From Bacteroidales bacterium (GTDB taxonomy: Bacteria; Bacteroidota; Bacteroidia; Bacteroidales; FEN-979), in contig JBBQUQ010000006.1 in NCBI GenBank assembly GCA_038212325.1, positions 1 through 60,695 on the forward strand: a DNA stretch of 60,695 bases, written 5' to 3'. Positions within the stretch are counted from its first letter, which is position 1. Each line of letters opens with the position of its first letter. Under the pieces are notes generated by a model. The model was not told where the DNA came from, did no database searches, and saw nothing but the letters and a program-made list of their open reading frames with translations. This document shows, piece after piece, positions 11,457 through 19,880 of the stretch. The position numbers and the translations under genes were made by a program.

Positions 11457-12877
11457 CAGGTACGGATTTTCTTTGTCTCACTCCCATGATGATCATTGCC
11501 GGCGCATCCATCGCGATGATGCTTGCAGTGGCCATCGTCCGGAACTTTAAATTGATCTATGGCATTTCCATCTTTGCCTTCACCTGCGCCATTGGTTCGA
11601 TGTATGCTGTTCTGCCAGCCATTCCCCACAAAACCGGGTTGCTGCTGGTGTTTGACGGGTTCGGCTTCCTGCTGTCAGCCATCATCATTCTGGCCTGCCT
11701 GATGGTGACCTTTTTATCCTATCGCTACCTCCTTTACCAGGAGAGTGAAAAGGAAGAATATTTCATCATACTCTTCGTAGCTGCGCTGGGATCCCTCCTG
11801 CTGGTGGCCGCTGCAGACTTTGTCACACTTTTTCTCGGACTGGAAACGCTCAGCATTTCACTTTACATCCTGGTGGCATACCGCAGGTTCCAGGACCGGT
11901 CAATCGAAGCAGGGGTGAAATACCTGGTGCTTGCATCGGTATCCTCCACATTTTTACTGTTCGGGATGGGGTTGATCTATGCGGATGCCGGCACCTTCGA
12001 GTTCAGCAGGATCAGCATGTTGCCGGGCGCTTCCGGCCACGCTTCCCTCATGCTCCTGGCAGGCTTCGGAATGATGATCGTGGGGATAGGTTTCAAGCTG
12101 GCGTTGGTTCCCTTTCACATGTGGACCCCCGATGTTTACCAGGGTGCGCCTGTTCCGGTTACCACATTTATTGCAACAGTTTCCAAAGGTGCAGTGATGG
12201 CTGTTTTCCTCCGGTTTTTCTATGCAATGCAGGGTTACCGGAACCCGGAGTTCATCCTGGTCATCACCGTTGTGGCGATCCTTTCGATGTTTGCAGGGAA
12301 TTTGCTTGCCCTCCGCCAGCAGAACGTAAAGCGAATCCTTGCCTATTCCTCCATTGCGAACATGGGCTATCTGCTGGTAACCCTGCTTGTCGGCAACCGG
12401 AGCGGCACAGATGCGGCGGTTTTTTACATCGTTTCCTACATGGTCACAACGCTGGCTGCCTTCGGGGTGATCGCCCTCCTTGCCGGCAAGGACAACGACG
12501 CCGACCGGATAGACGACTTCAAGGGATTGTTCTGGAAGAGTCCCCTGATCGCGACAGCTTTCACGGCAGCGTTGCTTTCACTGGCAGGCATCCCGCTCAC
12601 CACAGGGTTCATGGCAAAATTTTACATCGTATTCACCGGGATCAATTCCAACCTGTGGTTGCTTGTCATGAGCCTTGTCATCAACAGCGTGATTGGCCTC
12701 TATTATTATCTTCGGCTTGTTAAAACCATGTTTTCACCAGCCAGTGAAGGAGCTGTTCCCGCACTGTCAGTGGCTGGCCGCCTGGTGCTCGGGGTCATCA
12801 TTGTGGCCATCCTGTGGCTGGGCATATTTCCGGAGGGAATGTTCCGGCTCATTGCTGACTTTTCCATGTTATACTGA
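11453..12877 (+). CDS. nuoN: NADH-quinone oxidoreductase subunit N
   Basis: EAGVKYLVL, FKLALVPFHMWTPDVYQGAP, KRILAYSSIANMGY. Confidence 0.95.
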   Translation: MTGTDFLCLTPMMIIAGASIAMMLAVAIVRNFKLIYGISIFAFTCAIGSMYAVLPAIPHKTGLLLVFDGFGFLLSAIIILACLMVTFLSYRYLLYQESEKEEYFIILFVAALGSLLLVAAADFVTLFLGLETLSISLYILVAYRRFQDRSIEAGVKYLVLASVSSTFLLFGMGLIYADAGTFEFSRISMLPGASGHASLMLLAGFGMMIVGIGFKLALVPFHMWTPDVYQGAPVPVTTFIATVSKGAVMAVFLRFFYAMQGYRNPEFILVITVVAILSMFAGNLLALRQQNVKRILAYSSIANMGYLLVTLLVGNRSGTDAAVFYIVSYMVTTLAAFGVIALLAGKDNDADRIDDFKGLFWKSPLIATAFTAALLSLAGIPLTTGFMAKFYIVFTGINSNLWLLVMSLVINSVIGLYYYLRLVKTMFSPASEGAVPALSVAGRLVLGVIIVAILWLGIFPEGMFRLIADFSMLY

Positions 12878-12899
12878 CCACAGCAGACAACGGATCACG

Positions 12900-12995
12900 A
12901 CCCCCGAGCGTTTGCGGGCTCAGGTTTCCCCACTGTTCATTCTCTTCGGCCAGCCAGATCTTTGAGTCGCCGATCCCGATCTCTGCATGCGCAAT
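12900..12995 (-). pseudogene. Internal fragment of a VOC/glyoxalase (PhnB-like) gene
   Basis: Manual minus-strand translation gives IAHAEIGIGDSKIWLAEENEQWGNLSPQTLGG, resembling the HAExxIGDS..L.E......SPxxLGG core of VOC proteins. No start codon or rest of the gene is present. Confidence 0.7.
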
Positions 12996-13093
12996 GTATG
13001 GTATTCGCATTTAAAAAGTGAACTGGCCGATCACCCTTTTTATTTAGACAAATTATAAACAAATGTAGCATTAAATCGGGAGCGGTGTTGGAA

Positions 13094-13183
13094 TGGACGA
13101 TCGGTTTTGGCGTGACACACATCATTTATGGTACCGTGATGTATTACCGGCATGAGTTGCAGGGCAGGATTGAAGTTGAATGA
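13094..13183 (+). pseudogene. C-terminal remnant of a membrane protein gene
   Basis: Manual translation WTIGFGVTHIIYGTVMYYRHELQGRIEVE*. It resembles, from memory, the W.IGFG..HIIYG..MY C-terminus of Bacteroidota membrane proteins that precede a winged-helix regulator. Confidence 0.55.
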
Positions 13184-13224
13184 ACATGGCATATCTTACA
13201 TCGTTAAAGGATAATTAACACCAG

Positions 13225-13305
13225 GTGAAAAATCCGATCGCAAATCTTCAGAAAGTATTTGAAAGCCGCATCAGGCTTGGGCTCATGTCGGCACTCATGG
13301 TGTGC
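13225..13305 (+). pseudogene. N-terminal remnant of a winged-helix (HTH_34/MarR-like) transcriptional regulator
   Basis: MKNPIANLQKVFESRIRLGLMSALMV matches the start of this regulator family; similarity is lost abruptly after ~26 codons. Confidence 0.6.
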
Positions 13306-13362
13306 GGAAGGGTTACGAATTCCGTTCAAACACTTCATTATGTAAATGGCTTAACTATGCTG

Positions 13363-13370
13363 TACCTTTG
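13363..13370 (+). promoter_or_regulatory. Bacteroidota sigma-A -7 box (TACCTTTG)
   Basis: TAnnTTTG consensus 5 nt before the ATG at 13376. Confidence 0.5.
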
Positions 13371-13375
13371 TCATT

Positions 13376-13777
13376 ATGATGCAGGATCATCTTGTAATAT
13401 TCGATGGCATATGCAATTTATGCAACGGTAGCGTTCAATTCCTAATCAAGCGTGACCGGAAAAAGAAATTTTCGTTCACAACATACCAGTCCAGGGCAGG
13501 GCAGGATACTTTAAAGCAGCACGGGTTCCCCTCTGCAAACGGATCAACGGTAGTGTATGTTAAAAACGGAGTTCCTTATCTTAAATCCAAAGCTGTCCTG
13601 GAAATTATCAGGGATTTGGGATGCTGCTGGAATCTACTTTACATCCTGATTATCATCCCACCGTTTATTCGGGATTTTATGTATAATTTCATCGCAAAGA
13701 AAAGGTACATCATTTTCGGCAAGCGAGAATCTTGTATGGTGCCGACTTCAGAAATAATGGATAGATTTCTCCTTTGA
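13376..13777 (+). CDS. DCC1-like thiol-disulfide oxidoreductase family protein (DUF393/YuxK)
   Basis: FDGICNLCNGSV (DxxCxxC) at the N-terminus; RDFMYNFIAKKRYIIFGKRESC at the C-terminus. Confidence 0.9.
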   Translation: MMQDHLVIFDGICNLCNGSVQFLIKRDRKKKFSFTTYQSRAGQDTLKQHGFPSANGSTVVYVKNGVPYLKSKAVLEIIRDLGCCWNLLYILIIIPPFIRDFMYNFIAKKRYIIFGKRESCMVPTSEIMDRFLL

Positions 13778-13935
13778 GTCGTTGTTACTGCACGAAATTG
13801 CAATGTGTGAAACATGTAAGAAATTTCCAAAAATGTGTAATGTTTCCGGAGTTCCACCGCACGAACTTTGTGTCAACATACGAATTAAAACAAACTCTGG
13901 TCAGGGTACATGACAAGAGATAAAAAGAAACCATT

Positions 13936-14208
13936 ATGAAAACCAGAGAAACACCTGAAAAGAAGATTATCATTGTTTACAGGAAGGACGGGAAGACACC
14001 TGATTTGAGGTACAAAAGTTCGAGAGAATATGTCATATCTCAAAATTTGGAGAGCAACAAGGAACAAAAAAATGACCGGGAAACAGTCGATTTGAGATAT
14101 GCAGGGTTGCGGGACCATGTCGTATTAAATCAAACAGCAAAACTTAAGGATATACCAGTGCAGATAAAACCTGCAGGGAAAAAACCGGTTTGGAAAGTTC
14201 GCAGTTAA
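13936..14208 (+). CDS. Hypothetical basic protein (90 aa)
   Basis: ATG after an A-rich leader, Lys/Arg-rich ORF; no family recognised. Confidence 0.45.
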   Translation: MKTRETPEKKIIIVYRKDGKTPDLRYKSSREYVISQNLESNKEQKNDRETVDLRYAGLRDHVVLNQTAKLKDIPVQIKPAGKKPVWKVRS

Positions 14209-14224
14209 GTTAATAGGCCTATTT

Positions 14225-14527
14225 TCAATATTTTGTAATCTTTTGAATAATTATCCAATTGGCACATCCCTTGGTTTTTACTTGCCAATCAAGTTTTACT
14301 TTCACCGGGAATTTCTCTTTTTCTAAGTTAATATTGGCACTTTTTGGGACAGTATCAAATTGATACTGCTTCTTGTTGATAGTAATTAACCAGCCACCGC
14401 AACACATACAATCCTTGTTATCTAAACCTATTATTGTCCCCTTTGACTGGTATTTAATTTTTTCTATATTGGAAGGAGGATATCCGATACGTGTCAGAAC
14501 AATAATCAATGTGAATATTACTTTCAT
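14225..14527 (-). CDS. Hypothetical protein with CxCCGGW motif
   Basis: Low-GC 100-aa ORF with hydrophobic N-terminus, DCMCCGGW and a later Cys. Confidence 0.6.
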   Translation of the reverse strand: MKVIFTLIIVLTRIGYPPSNIEKIKYQSKGTIIGLDNKDCMCCGGWLITINKKQYQFDTVPKSANINLEKEKFPVKVKLDWQVKTKGCANWIIIQKITKY

Positions 14528-14722
14528 ATCAGTCTATTTTTTATTAGCTCGCCCCACGCGATGCTGCATCCTTCAGCGAAGTTCCTCCATTTGTAAATGT
14601 GGCTGCCGCCCCATTCGATCTTCACATCCAGAATTCGGTTCCCACACTTTGTGAAAGCGGCAGGGCTATTGTTACATACATACCCTATAGCAATTACAAA
14701 TGACTTTGACGGAGACCTTCGT

Positions 14723-14801
14723 ACCCCACCCTAAATCCCTCCCCAAAAAGGGAGGGACTTACTCCCCTTCCCTTATTGGGGAAGGGGTCAGGGGGATGGG
14801 G
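14723..14801. repeat. GC-rich palindromic (REP-like) element, two-hairpin copy
   Basis: ACCCCACCCTAAA-TCCCTCCC caaaaa GGGAGGGA-cttact-CCCCTTCCC ttattg GGGAAGGGG-TCAGGGGGATGGGG; related copies at 55378 and 60128. Confidence 0.8.
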
Positions 14802-14836
14802 AAAGAATGACGAATATGCGAATGACGAGTATTCTG

Positions 14837-15412
14837 CTACAACCTTCCGGCTACCGCATGCCAGTCGACCAGCTTCCAGAAGTCAGCAATATAATCGGGG
14901 CGAACGTTCTGCTTGTCGAGATAATAAGCGTGTTCCCACACGTCGCAGGTGAGCAGCGGGGTGGCGCCGTTTTTCATCGGGTTGCCGGCATTGCTTTCCT
15001 GCACGATTGCGAGGCTGCCGTCATCTTTTTTGACCAGCCAGGCCCATCCGCTTCCAAACAGCGTGGCAGCTGCGGTAGAAAATTTCTCCTTAAATTCGGC
15101 AAAAGATCCGAAGTTCTTCAGGATGGCCTCGGAAATTGCTCCCGAAGGCTCTCCGCCGCCCTGCGGCTTCATGCAGTTCCAGTAAAAGGTGTGGTTCCAA
15201 ACTTGCGCACCGTTGTTGAAAATTCCGGCGCCGGCTTTCATCACGATGTCGTCGAGCGAGGCATTTTCAAATTCGGTGCCAACGATTAGCTTGTTCAGGT
15301 TGTTCACATAAGCCTGGTGATGCTTGCCATAATGAAATTCAATGGTTCGCTTCGAAATATAAGGCTCCAATGCATCTAATGCATAAGGAAGCTTGGGAAG
15401 TTCGTGTGCCAT
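14837..15412 (-). CDS. sodB: Fe/Mn superoxide dismutase
   Basis: [32 protein letters not shown]. Confidence 0.93.
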   Translation of the reverse strand: MAHELPKLPYALDALEPYISKRTIEFHYGKHHQAYVNNLNKLIVGTEFENASLDDIVMKAGAGIFNNGAQVWNHTFYWNCMKPQGGGEPSGAISEAILKNFGSFAEFKEKFSTAAATLFGSGWAWLVKKDDGSLAIVQESNAGNPMKNGATPLLTCDVWEHAYYLDKQNVRPDYIADFWKLVDWHAVAGRL

Positions 15413-15462
15413 GATGTTTGATGTTTTAGAGGTTTATTAAGGTGACTAACGATCAAATATAG

Positions 15463-17070
15463 TTAAAATTTTGCTTTTCCGCTCTTTAAAATTTCAACTG
15501 CTTTTAAAAAACCGGGGTCAATGTTGTTCAGAATTGGGTAAAACCCTTTGTTATCCAACAAGTTACGACCGATGTACGCTTTGAGCATGGTTCTAACGTA
15601 GCGGTCAGATTTCGACAAATCTTTCCCCTGATGCTTTACGCCTTTTTTATCGGCATATTGAACAAATTCAGCAAATACGACATCGGTGACCGCGAATCCT
15701 TTGTCGAACTGGTCTGTAGTTTTAAAACGCATCATTTGCGGCCTGTGCCGGTCGGTATAGTCAAAGGCAAACTGGTAAACCAATCCTTTGTTCATGCATA
15801 GATTATAATAACCAAGCAGGGAATCCTTTTCCAGCGGGATAAAAATGTCGGGCATGATTCCGCCACCTCCGTAAACAGTTCTGCCTTTGGGAGTTTTATA
15901 TTTGAGCGAATCGGGGAACTTGATGGAGTCGGCGTGCTCCAATTCTCCGTTCATGAAGCGGTGGTAATAATCGCCGTTATACATCTCGAGACCATCTTTG
16001 TATGATTTCTGGATGCAACGGCCGGTGGGGGTGTAATATCGGGCAACCGTGAGCCTGAGCGCACTCCCGTCCTTGAAATCGAGCTGTTCCTGTACCAGTC
16101 CTTTGCCAAAGGAACGGCGCCCCATGATCAATCCCCTGTCATGATCCTGGATCGCCCCGGTCACAATTTCGGCAGCCGAGGCGGTTCCTTCGTCCACCAG
16201 CACAACAAGGTCACCTTGTTCAAATAACCCGTCGTTGGTGGCGGTGGCCACCTCCCGCTTGTGGTGCATTCCTTCGGTGTATACGATCAAATCGCCCCTG
16301 GCAAGGAATTCATCGGCCACATCAATGGCAGCCTTCAGGTAACCCCCGCCATTGCCTCGGAGATCGAGGATCAGCTTTTTCATGCCTTCGCCCAGCAGAA
16401 TTTCAATTGCGTTATGGACCTCCTCATGGGTAGTGGCCGAAAAATTGTTGAGACGGATGTACCCGATTCCCGGCTCCGGCATGTAGGAGATGTCCATGCT
16501 GTAGGTAGGAATCACATCGCGCGTGATGGTGAAATCAAGCAGCCCGGCGGTGCCTCTGCGAAAAACGGCAACCTCGACCTTCGTCCCTTTGGGTCCTTTG
16601 AGTTTGCGCATAACATCGTTGGTCGATATCTTGATCCCGGCGATAATCTTTCCATCAACCTTCACGATGCGGTCGCCGGCATGAATACCGAGTTTTTCCG
16701 AAGGCCCGCCGGATACGGGGGTAATAACGGTGACCGTGTCGTTTTCCAGGCGGAATTGTACCCCGATCCCTTCAAAACTGCCAAGCAGCGGATCATTGGC
16801 ATCATGAAACTCCTCTGCAGAAATATATACCGAATGCGGGTCGAGTTTTTCAAGCAGCCCGGTGATCGCCTTCTCCTCCAACGCCTTCCGCCCCAGGGTA
16901 TCTACATAATTATCTTCCACGTAGCTAATTACCTCTTTCAGCTTATCCTTACCGGAGGTTGTAAGATTGAAAATTCCTGCGCGGTTTCCCAAAAACAGGC
17001 CCAGCATGATTCCTCCTGCAAGGATCAGGGCGAACCAGATTGGCAAATAGGGATTGTTCTTTTTTTCCAT
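15463..17070 (-). CDS. S41 family C-terminal processing peptidase (PDZ + S41)
   Basis: LDPHSVY, PDZ GIGVQF, DLRGNGGG, ASAAEIVTGAIQD, SFGKGLVQ. Start reassigned to MEKKNNP (17070), just after a minus-strand TATCTTTG box at 17075-17082. Confidence 0.92.
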   Translation of the reverse strand: MEKKNNPYLPIWFALILAGGIMLGLFLGNRAGIFNLTTSGKDKLKEVISYVEDNYVDTLGRKALEEKAITGLLEKLDPHSVYISAEEFHDANDPLLGSFEGIGVQFRLENDTVTVITPVSGGPSEKLGIHAGDRIVKVDGKIIAGIKISTNDVMRKLKGPKGTKVEVAVFRRGTAGLLDFTITRDVIPTYSMDISYMPEPGIGYIRLNNFSATTHEEVHNAIEILLGEGMKKLILDLRGNGGGYLKAAIDVADEFLARGDLIVYTEGMHHKREVATATNDGLFEQGDLVVLVDEGTASAAEIVTGAIQDHDRGLIMGRRSFGKGLVQEQLDFKDGSALRLTVARYYTPTGRCIQKSYKDGLEMYNGDYYHRFMNGELEHADSIKFPDSLKYKTPKGRTVYGGGGIMPDIFIPLEKDSLLGYYNLCMNKGLVYQFAFDYTDRHRPQMMRFKTTDQFDKGFAVTDVVFAEFVQYADKKGVKHQGKDLSKSDRYVRTMLKAYIGRNLLDNKGFYPILNNIDPGFLKAVEILKSGKAKF

Positions 17071-17209
17071 GCTGCAAAGATACCGTAATTCGAAAAACGA
17101 AGCCGGAAAAGTAAAATGCAATAGATTGCTATACACTAAATGGCGGAAAGCAAAGTGTTGGTTGAATTGAAAATTTTTATTTTCGCAAAATGTAATGTAT
17201 CTTTGTTTT

Positions 17210-17500
17210 ATGATTGATAAAGAGAATATTACCAAGGTGCTGAAAGCCAATAAGTCAGACTTAGCAACCAGGTATCATTTGACATCTATCGGAATCTTTG
17301 GTTCAGTTACAAGAGACGATTTTCGTGATGACAGTGATATTGATATTCTTATTGATTATGATCAACCCATTGGCATTGAATTTATTGACTTAGCTGAAGA
17401 ACTTGAAAAGATTCTTAATCGCAAAGTCGATCTCGTATCAAGAAACGGGGTCAAGCCTAAATATTTTGAAGAAATTCAGAAAGATTTGATTTATGTCTAA
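17210..17500 (+). CDS. Minimal nucleotidyltransferase (MNT/MntA-like antitoxin)
   Basis: GIFGSVTRDDFRDDSDIDILID (GSx10DxD) and RKVDLV. TATCTTTG box at 17198-17205 precedes the ATG at 17210. Confidence 0.9.
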   Translation: MIDKENITKVLKANKSDLATRYHLTSIGIFGSVTRDDFRDDSDIDILIDYDQPIGIEFIDLAEELEKILNRKVDLVSRNGVKPKYFEEIQKDLIYV

Positions 17501-17834
17501 ACGAACTCCCGGACTTTTACTTGAGGATATCCATGAAGCTGCAGAAAAAATTCAGTTGTATACAAAAGATTTGTCGTTTGAAGAGTTTTGTAATGACAAT
17601 AAAACAGTCGATGCCGTTATTCGGAATTTTGAAATTATTGGGGAGGCATCTAATTTTTTAACCGATGAAATAAAAGATAAATATTCGGACGTTGACTGGC
17701 ATAGGATTCGAGGATTCCGTAACCGCATTGTTCATGACTATTTTGGTATAGACCTACAAATCGTTTGGAAAATCACGAATGACCAAATCCCGGGTCTCAT
17801 TGAGGAAATAGTCAAGATTCTTCGATACTTCTGA
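17493..17834 (+). CDS. HEPN/DUF86 RNase toxin (HepT-like)
   Basis: AVIRNFEIIGEA and RNRIVHDY (Rx4HxY); overlaps the MNT stop. Confidence 0.9.
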   Translation: MSKRTPGLLLEDIHEAAEKIQLYTKDLSFEEFCNDNKTVDAVIRNFEIIGEASNFLTDEIKDKYSDVDWHRIRGFRNRIVHDYFGIDLQIVWKITNDQIPGLIEEIVKILRYF

Positions 17835-17990
17835 CAATTTATTTCCACATCAACTAACGAATTTACACCTGTAACATCAGAGGCAAACGTCCTGTGTGCT
17901 GATGACAGTGATCTCTTAGAATCTTTATAAATTATCCGATAAGCAAAATGATGCTTGGAAAAAAACGAATTTTGTAAAAATTCCTGCATT

Positions 17991-18938
17991 ATGCGCTTTG
18001 TGCTTTTCCTTTGCCTGATATCAATATCTTTGCTTGCCTTAGGGAAGTCAAAGCATCACGACATCCCGGAAAAACCATTTGAAAACAGTCATTTTGCCGT
18101 TGTTGACTCGCTTCGTCTCCACTACCGGACATGGAATGACAGTCTTCAACATCCCAGGGGCAAGATCGTTCTTATACACGGGTTTTGCGGGTCAACCTTT
18201 TGCTGGAGGAATAACTATGATGCGCTTGTTGCCGCCCGATATAAAGTGATTGCCATCGACCTTCCGGGTTTTGGTTACAGCGGGCGCGATGCGAAGCTAA
18301 ACCAGTCACAAAGCAACCGGGGACGGATGATATGGGAACTTCTTCAACAAATTGATGGCAGCGATACGACTAAATGGAATGTTGTAGGCCATTCCATGGG
18401 CGGCGGAACGGCGGAAGCGGTCGCGCTGATGAAACCCGAACGCACGAGAAGCCTGACCATCGTTGACGGCATGATATTTATTGAAAACGACAATGTCAAT
18501 CTCAGCATTGTCGGTCTCGTTAACCACCCGGTCTATAAAAAATTGCTCCTTGCCTATACGGAGAACAGTTACCTCTCCTTTAACAAATTCAGGCGGCAAC
18601 TCAAAGGAACCTATGGGTTTCTTCCCGATACGCTTACCACAATGGGTTACTGGGAACCTCTGCAAATCGAGGGCACCGCCGAAACGGTTGTAAACCTTCT
18701 GGCAAATTCAAAAGAGATTCAAGACCTCGATGCAGCCGGGTTAAGCCAACTGCCAGTGCTTGTGATATGGGGCAGAAAAGATAAGACGCTCCGGCTGAAA
18801 AACGGCAAAAAGCTGAAGAGAGCCGTTCCAACGATTGAGCTCAAAGTGATCCCCGGGGCCCATCACATGCCGATGGAAACCCATTCGGAGGAGTTTAACA
18901 GCATGGTGCTGGAGTTTTTAAACCGGCATAATAAGTAG
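17991..18938 (+). CDS. Secreted alpha/beta hydrolase
   Basis: Signal peptide MRFVLFLCLISISLLALG, HGF oxyanion motif, GHSMGG nucleophile elbow, WGRKD, AHHMP. Confidence 0.88.
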   Translation: MRFVLFLCLISISLLALGKSKHHDIPEKPFENSHFAVVDSLRLHYRTWNDSLQHPRGKIVLIHGFCGSTFCWRNNYDALVAARYKVIAIDLPGFGYSGRDAKLNQSQSNRGRMIWELLQQIDGSDTTKWNVVGHSMGGGTAEAVALMKPERTRSLTIVDGMIFIENDNVNLSIVGLVNHPVYKKLLLAYTENSYLSFNKFRRQLKGTYGFLPDTLTTMGYWEPLQIEGTAETVVNLLANSKEIQDLDAAGLSQLPVLVIWGRKDKTLRLKNGKKLKRAVPTIELKVIPGAHHMPMETHSEEFNSMVLEFLNRHNK

Positions 18939-18989
18939 CGAAATGGTGAAATGGTGAAATTTGCTATTTCTTTCGTTTCCCGGTTATCT
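18843..18989 (+). repeat. Direct repeat copy 1 (~147 bp; hydrolase 3' end plus the 3' tip of the convergent TPR gene)
   Basis: Near-identical to 19742-19880 by visual alignment. Confidence 0.9.
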
Positions 18990-19095
18990 GCATCTTGTTT
19001 TCAGTATTGGGATACCCGCAAGAATTTCACACATTTTATCCTTGTTTGAACAGATAATATATTTTTGCATTTGATAATCTTTTAATTGCTCAAAG

Positions 19096-19498
19096 ATGGC
19101 TAATACCTATACTCAAATTCATATTCAGGCTGTATTTTCAGTCCAGGACCGGGACTGTATCATAAGAAATTTGTGGAAAGATGAATTGTTTAAATACATA
19201 ACAGGGATTATTCAGAATCACAATCATAAAGTGATGGCAATAAATGGTATGCCCGATCATCTTCATGTGGATTAATAAAAAAAGATTTGCCCCAGGCCGC
19301 TTTTCATGGCAGGAAGGATACGGTGCATTTTCATACAGCAAATCGAATGTTGATCAAGTCATAGCATACATTAAAAATCAGGAGATTCATCACAGGAAGA
19401 AATCATTTATTGAAGAGTATCACGATTTCTTAGAAAAATTTGCCGTTGATTACGACGAACGATATATTTTCAAACCGGTGGAATGGGTTGGAGAATGA
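19096..19498 (+). mobile_element. tnpA: HUH/Y1 transposase (IS200/IS605 TnpA or REP-associated type), internally deleted and frameshifted
   Basis: MANTYTQIHIQAVFSV...INGMPDHLHV (HUH) in one frame joins WINKKRF..FSWQEGYGAFSYS...YIKNQEIHH (catalytic Tyr) in another. The segment normally between them is missing. Confidence 0.85.
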
Positions 19499-19506
19499 AC
19501 CAAATT

Positions 19507-19624
19507 GTGCCTTTAGGCACGATATCTGGGTAGAACGAACCTGGTTGGTCCCATCTCGTCCCGTACGGGACGAAATGTCCGTTGAACAACCAATTGACTA
19601 CCTATATTCAATCCCTACGGGATT
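19507..19624. repeat. Cluster of three short palindromes (REP-like) downstream of tnpA
   Basis: GTGCCTTTAGGCAC, TCGTCCCGTACGGGACGA and AATCCCTACGGGATT; GGTAG follows unit 1 and CTACC precedes unit 3. Confidence 0.7.
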
Positions 19625-19741
19625 TGCCGTCAGTTCATCGATATAATATAGATAAAATCATCCTCGGGACACCCGATTTAACATTCCACATCAATAGAAT
19701 CAGTTGTATCAGAATGTGTTTTAAAAAGTGTAGAAAACAGG

Positions 19742-19880
19742 AAGGTGATTCCAAGGGCCCATCACATGCCGATGGAAACCCATTCGGAGGAGTTTAACAG
19801 CATGGTGCTGGAGTTTTTAAACCGGCATAATAGGTAGCGAGATGGCGAAATTTGCTATTTCTTTCGTTTCCCGGTTATCT
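19742..19880 (+). repeat. Direct repeat copy 2 (~139 bp)
   Basis: Matches 18843-18989 with a few substitutions and one fewer 8-bp unit. Confidence 0.9.

Noticed and set aside
17071-17250. 60-aa N-terminal extension of the S41 peptidase
   Set aside because: It overlaps the divergent promoters and the MNT gene; a -7 box sits directly before the ATG at 17070
19582-19797. 71-aa ORF after tnpA as a possible tnpB or accessory gene
   Set aside because: It runs through the palindromes and the duplicated hydrolase tail out of frame and has no RuvC or zinc-finger motifs
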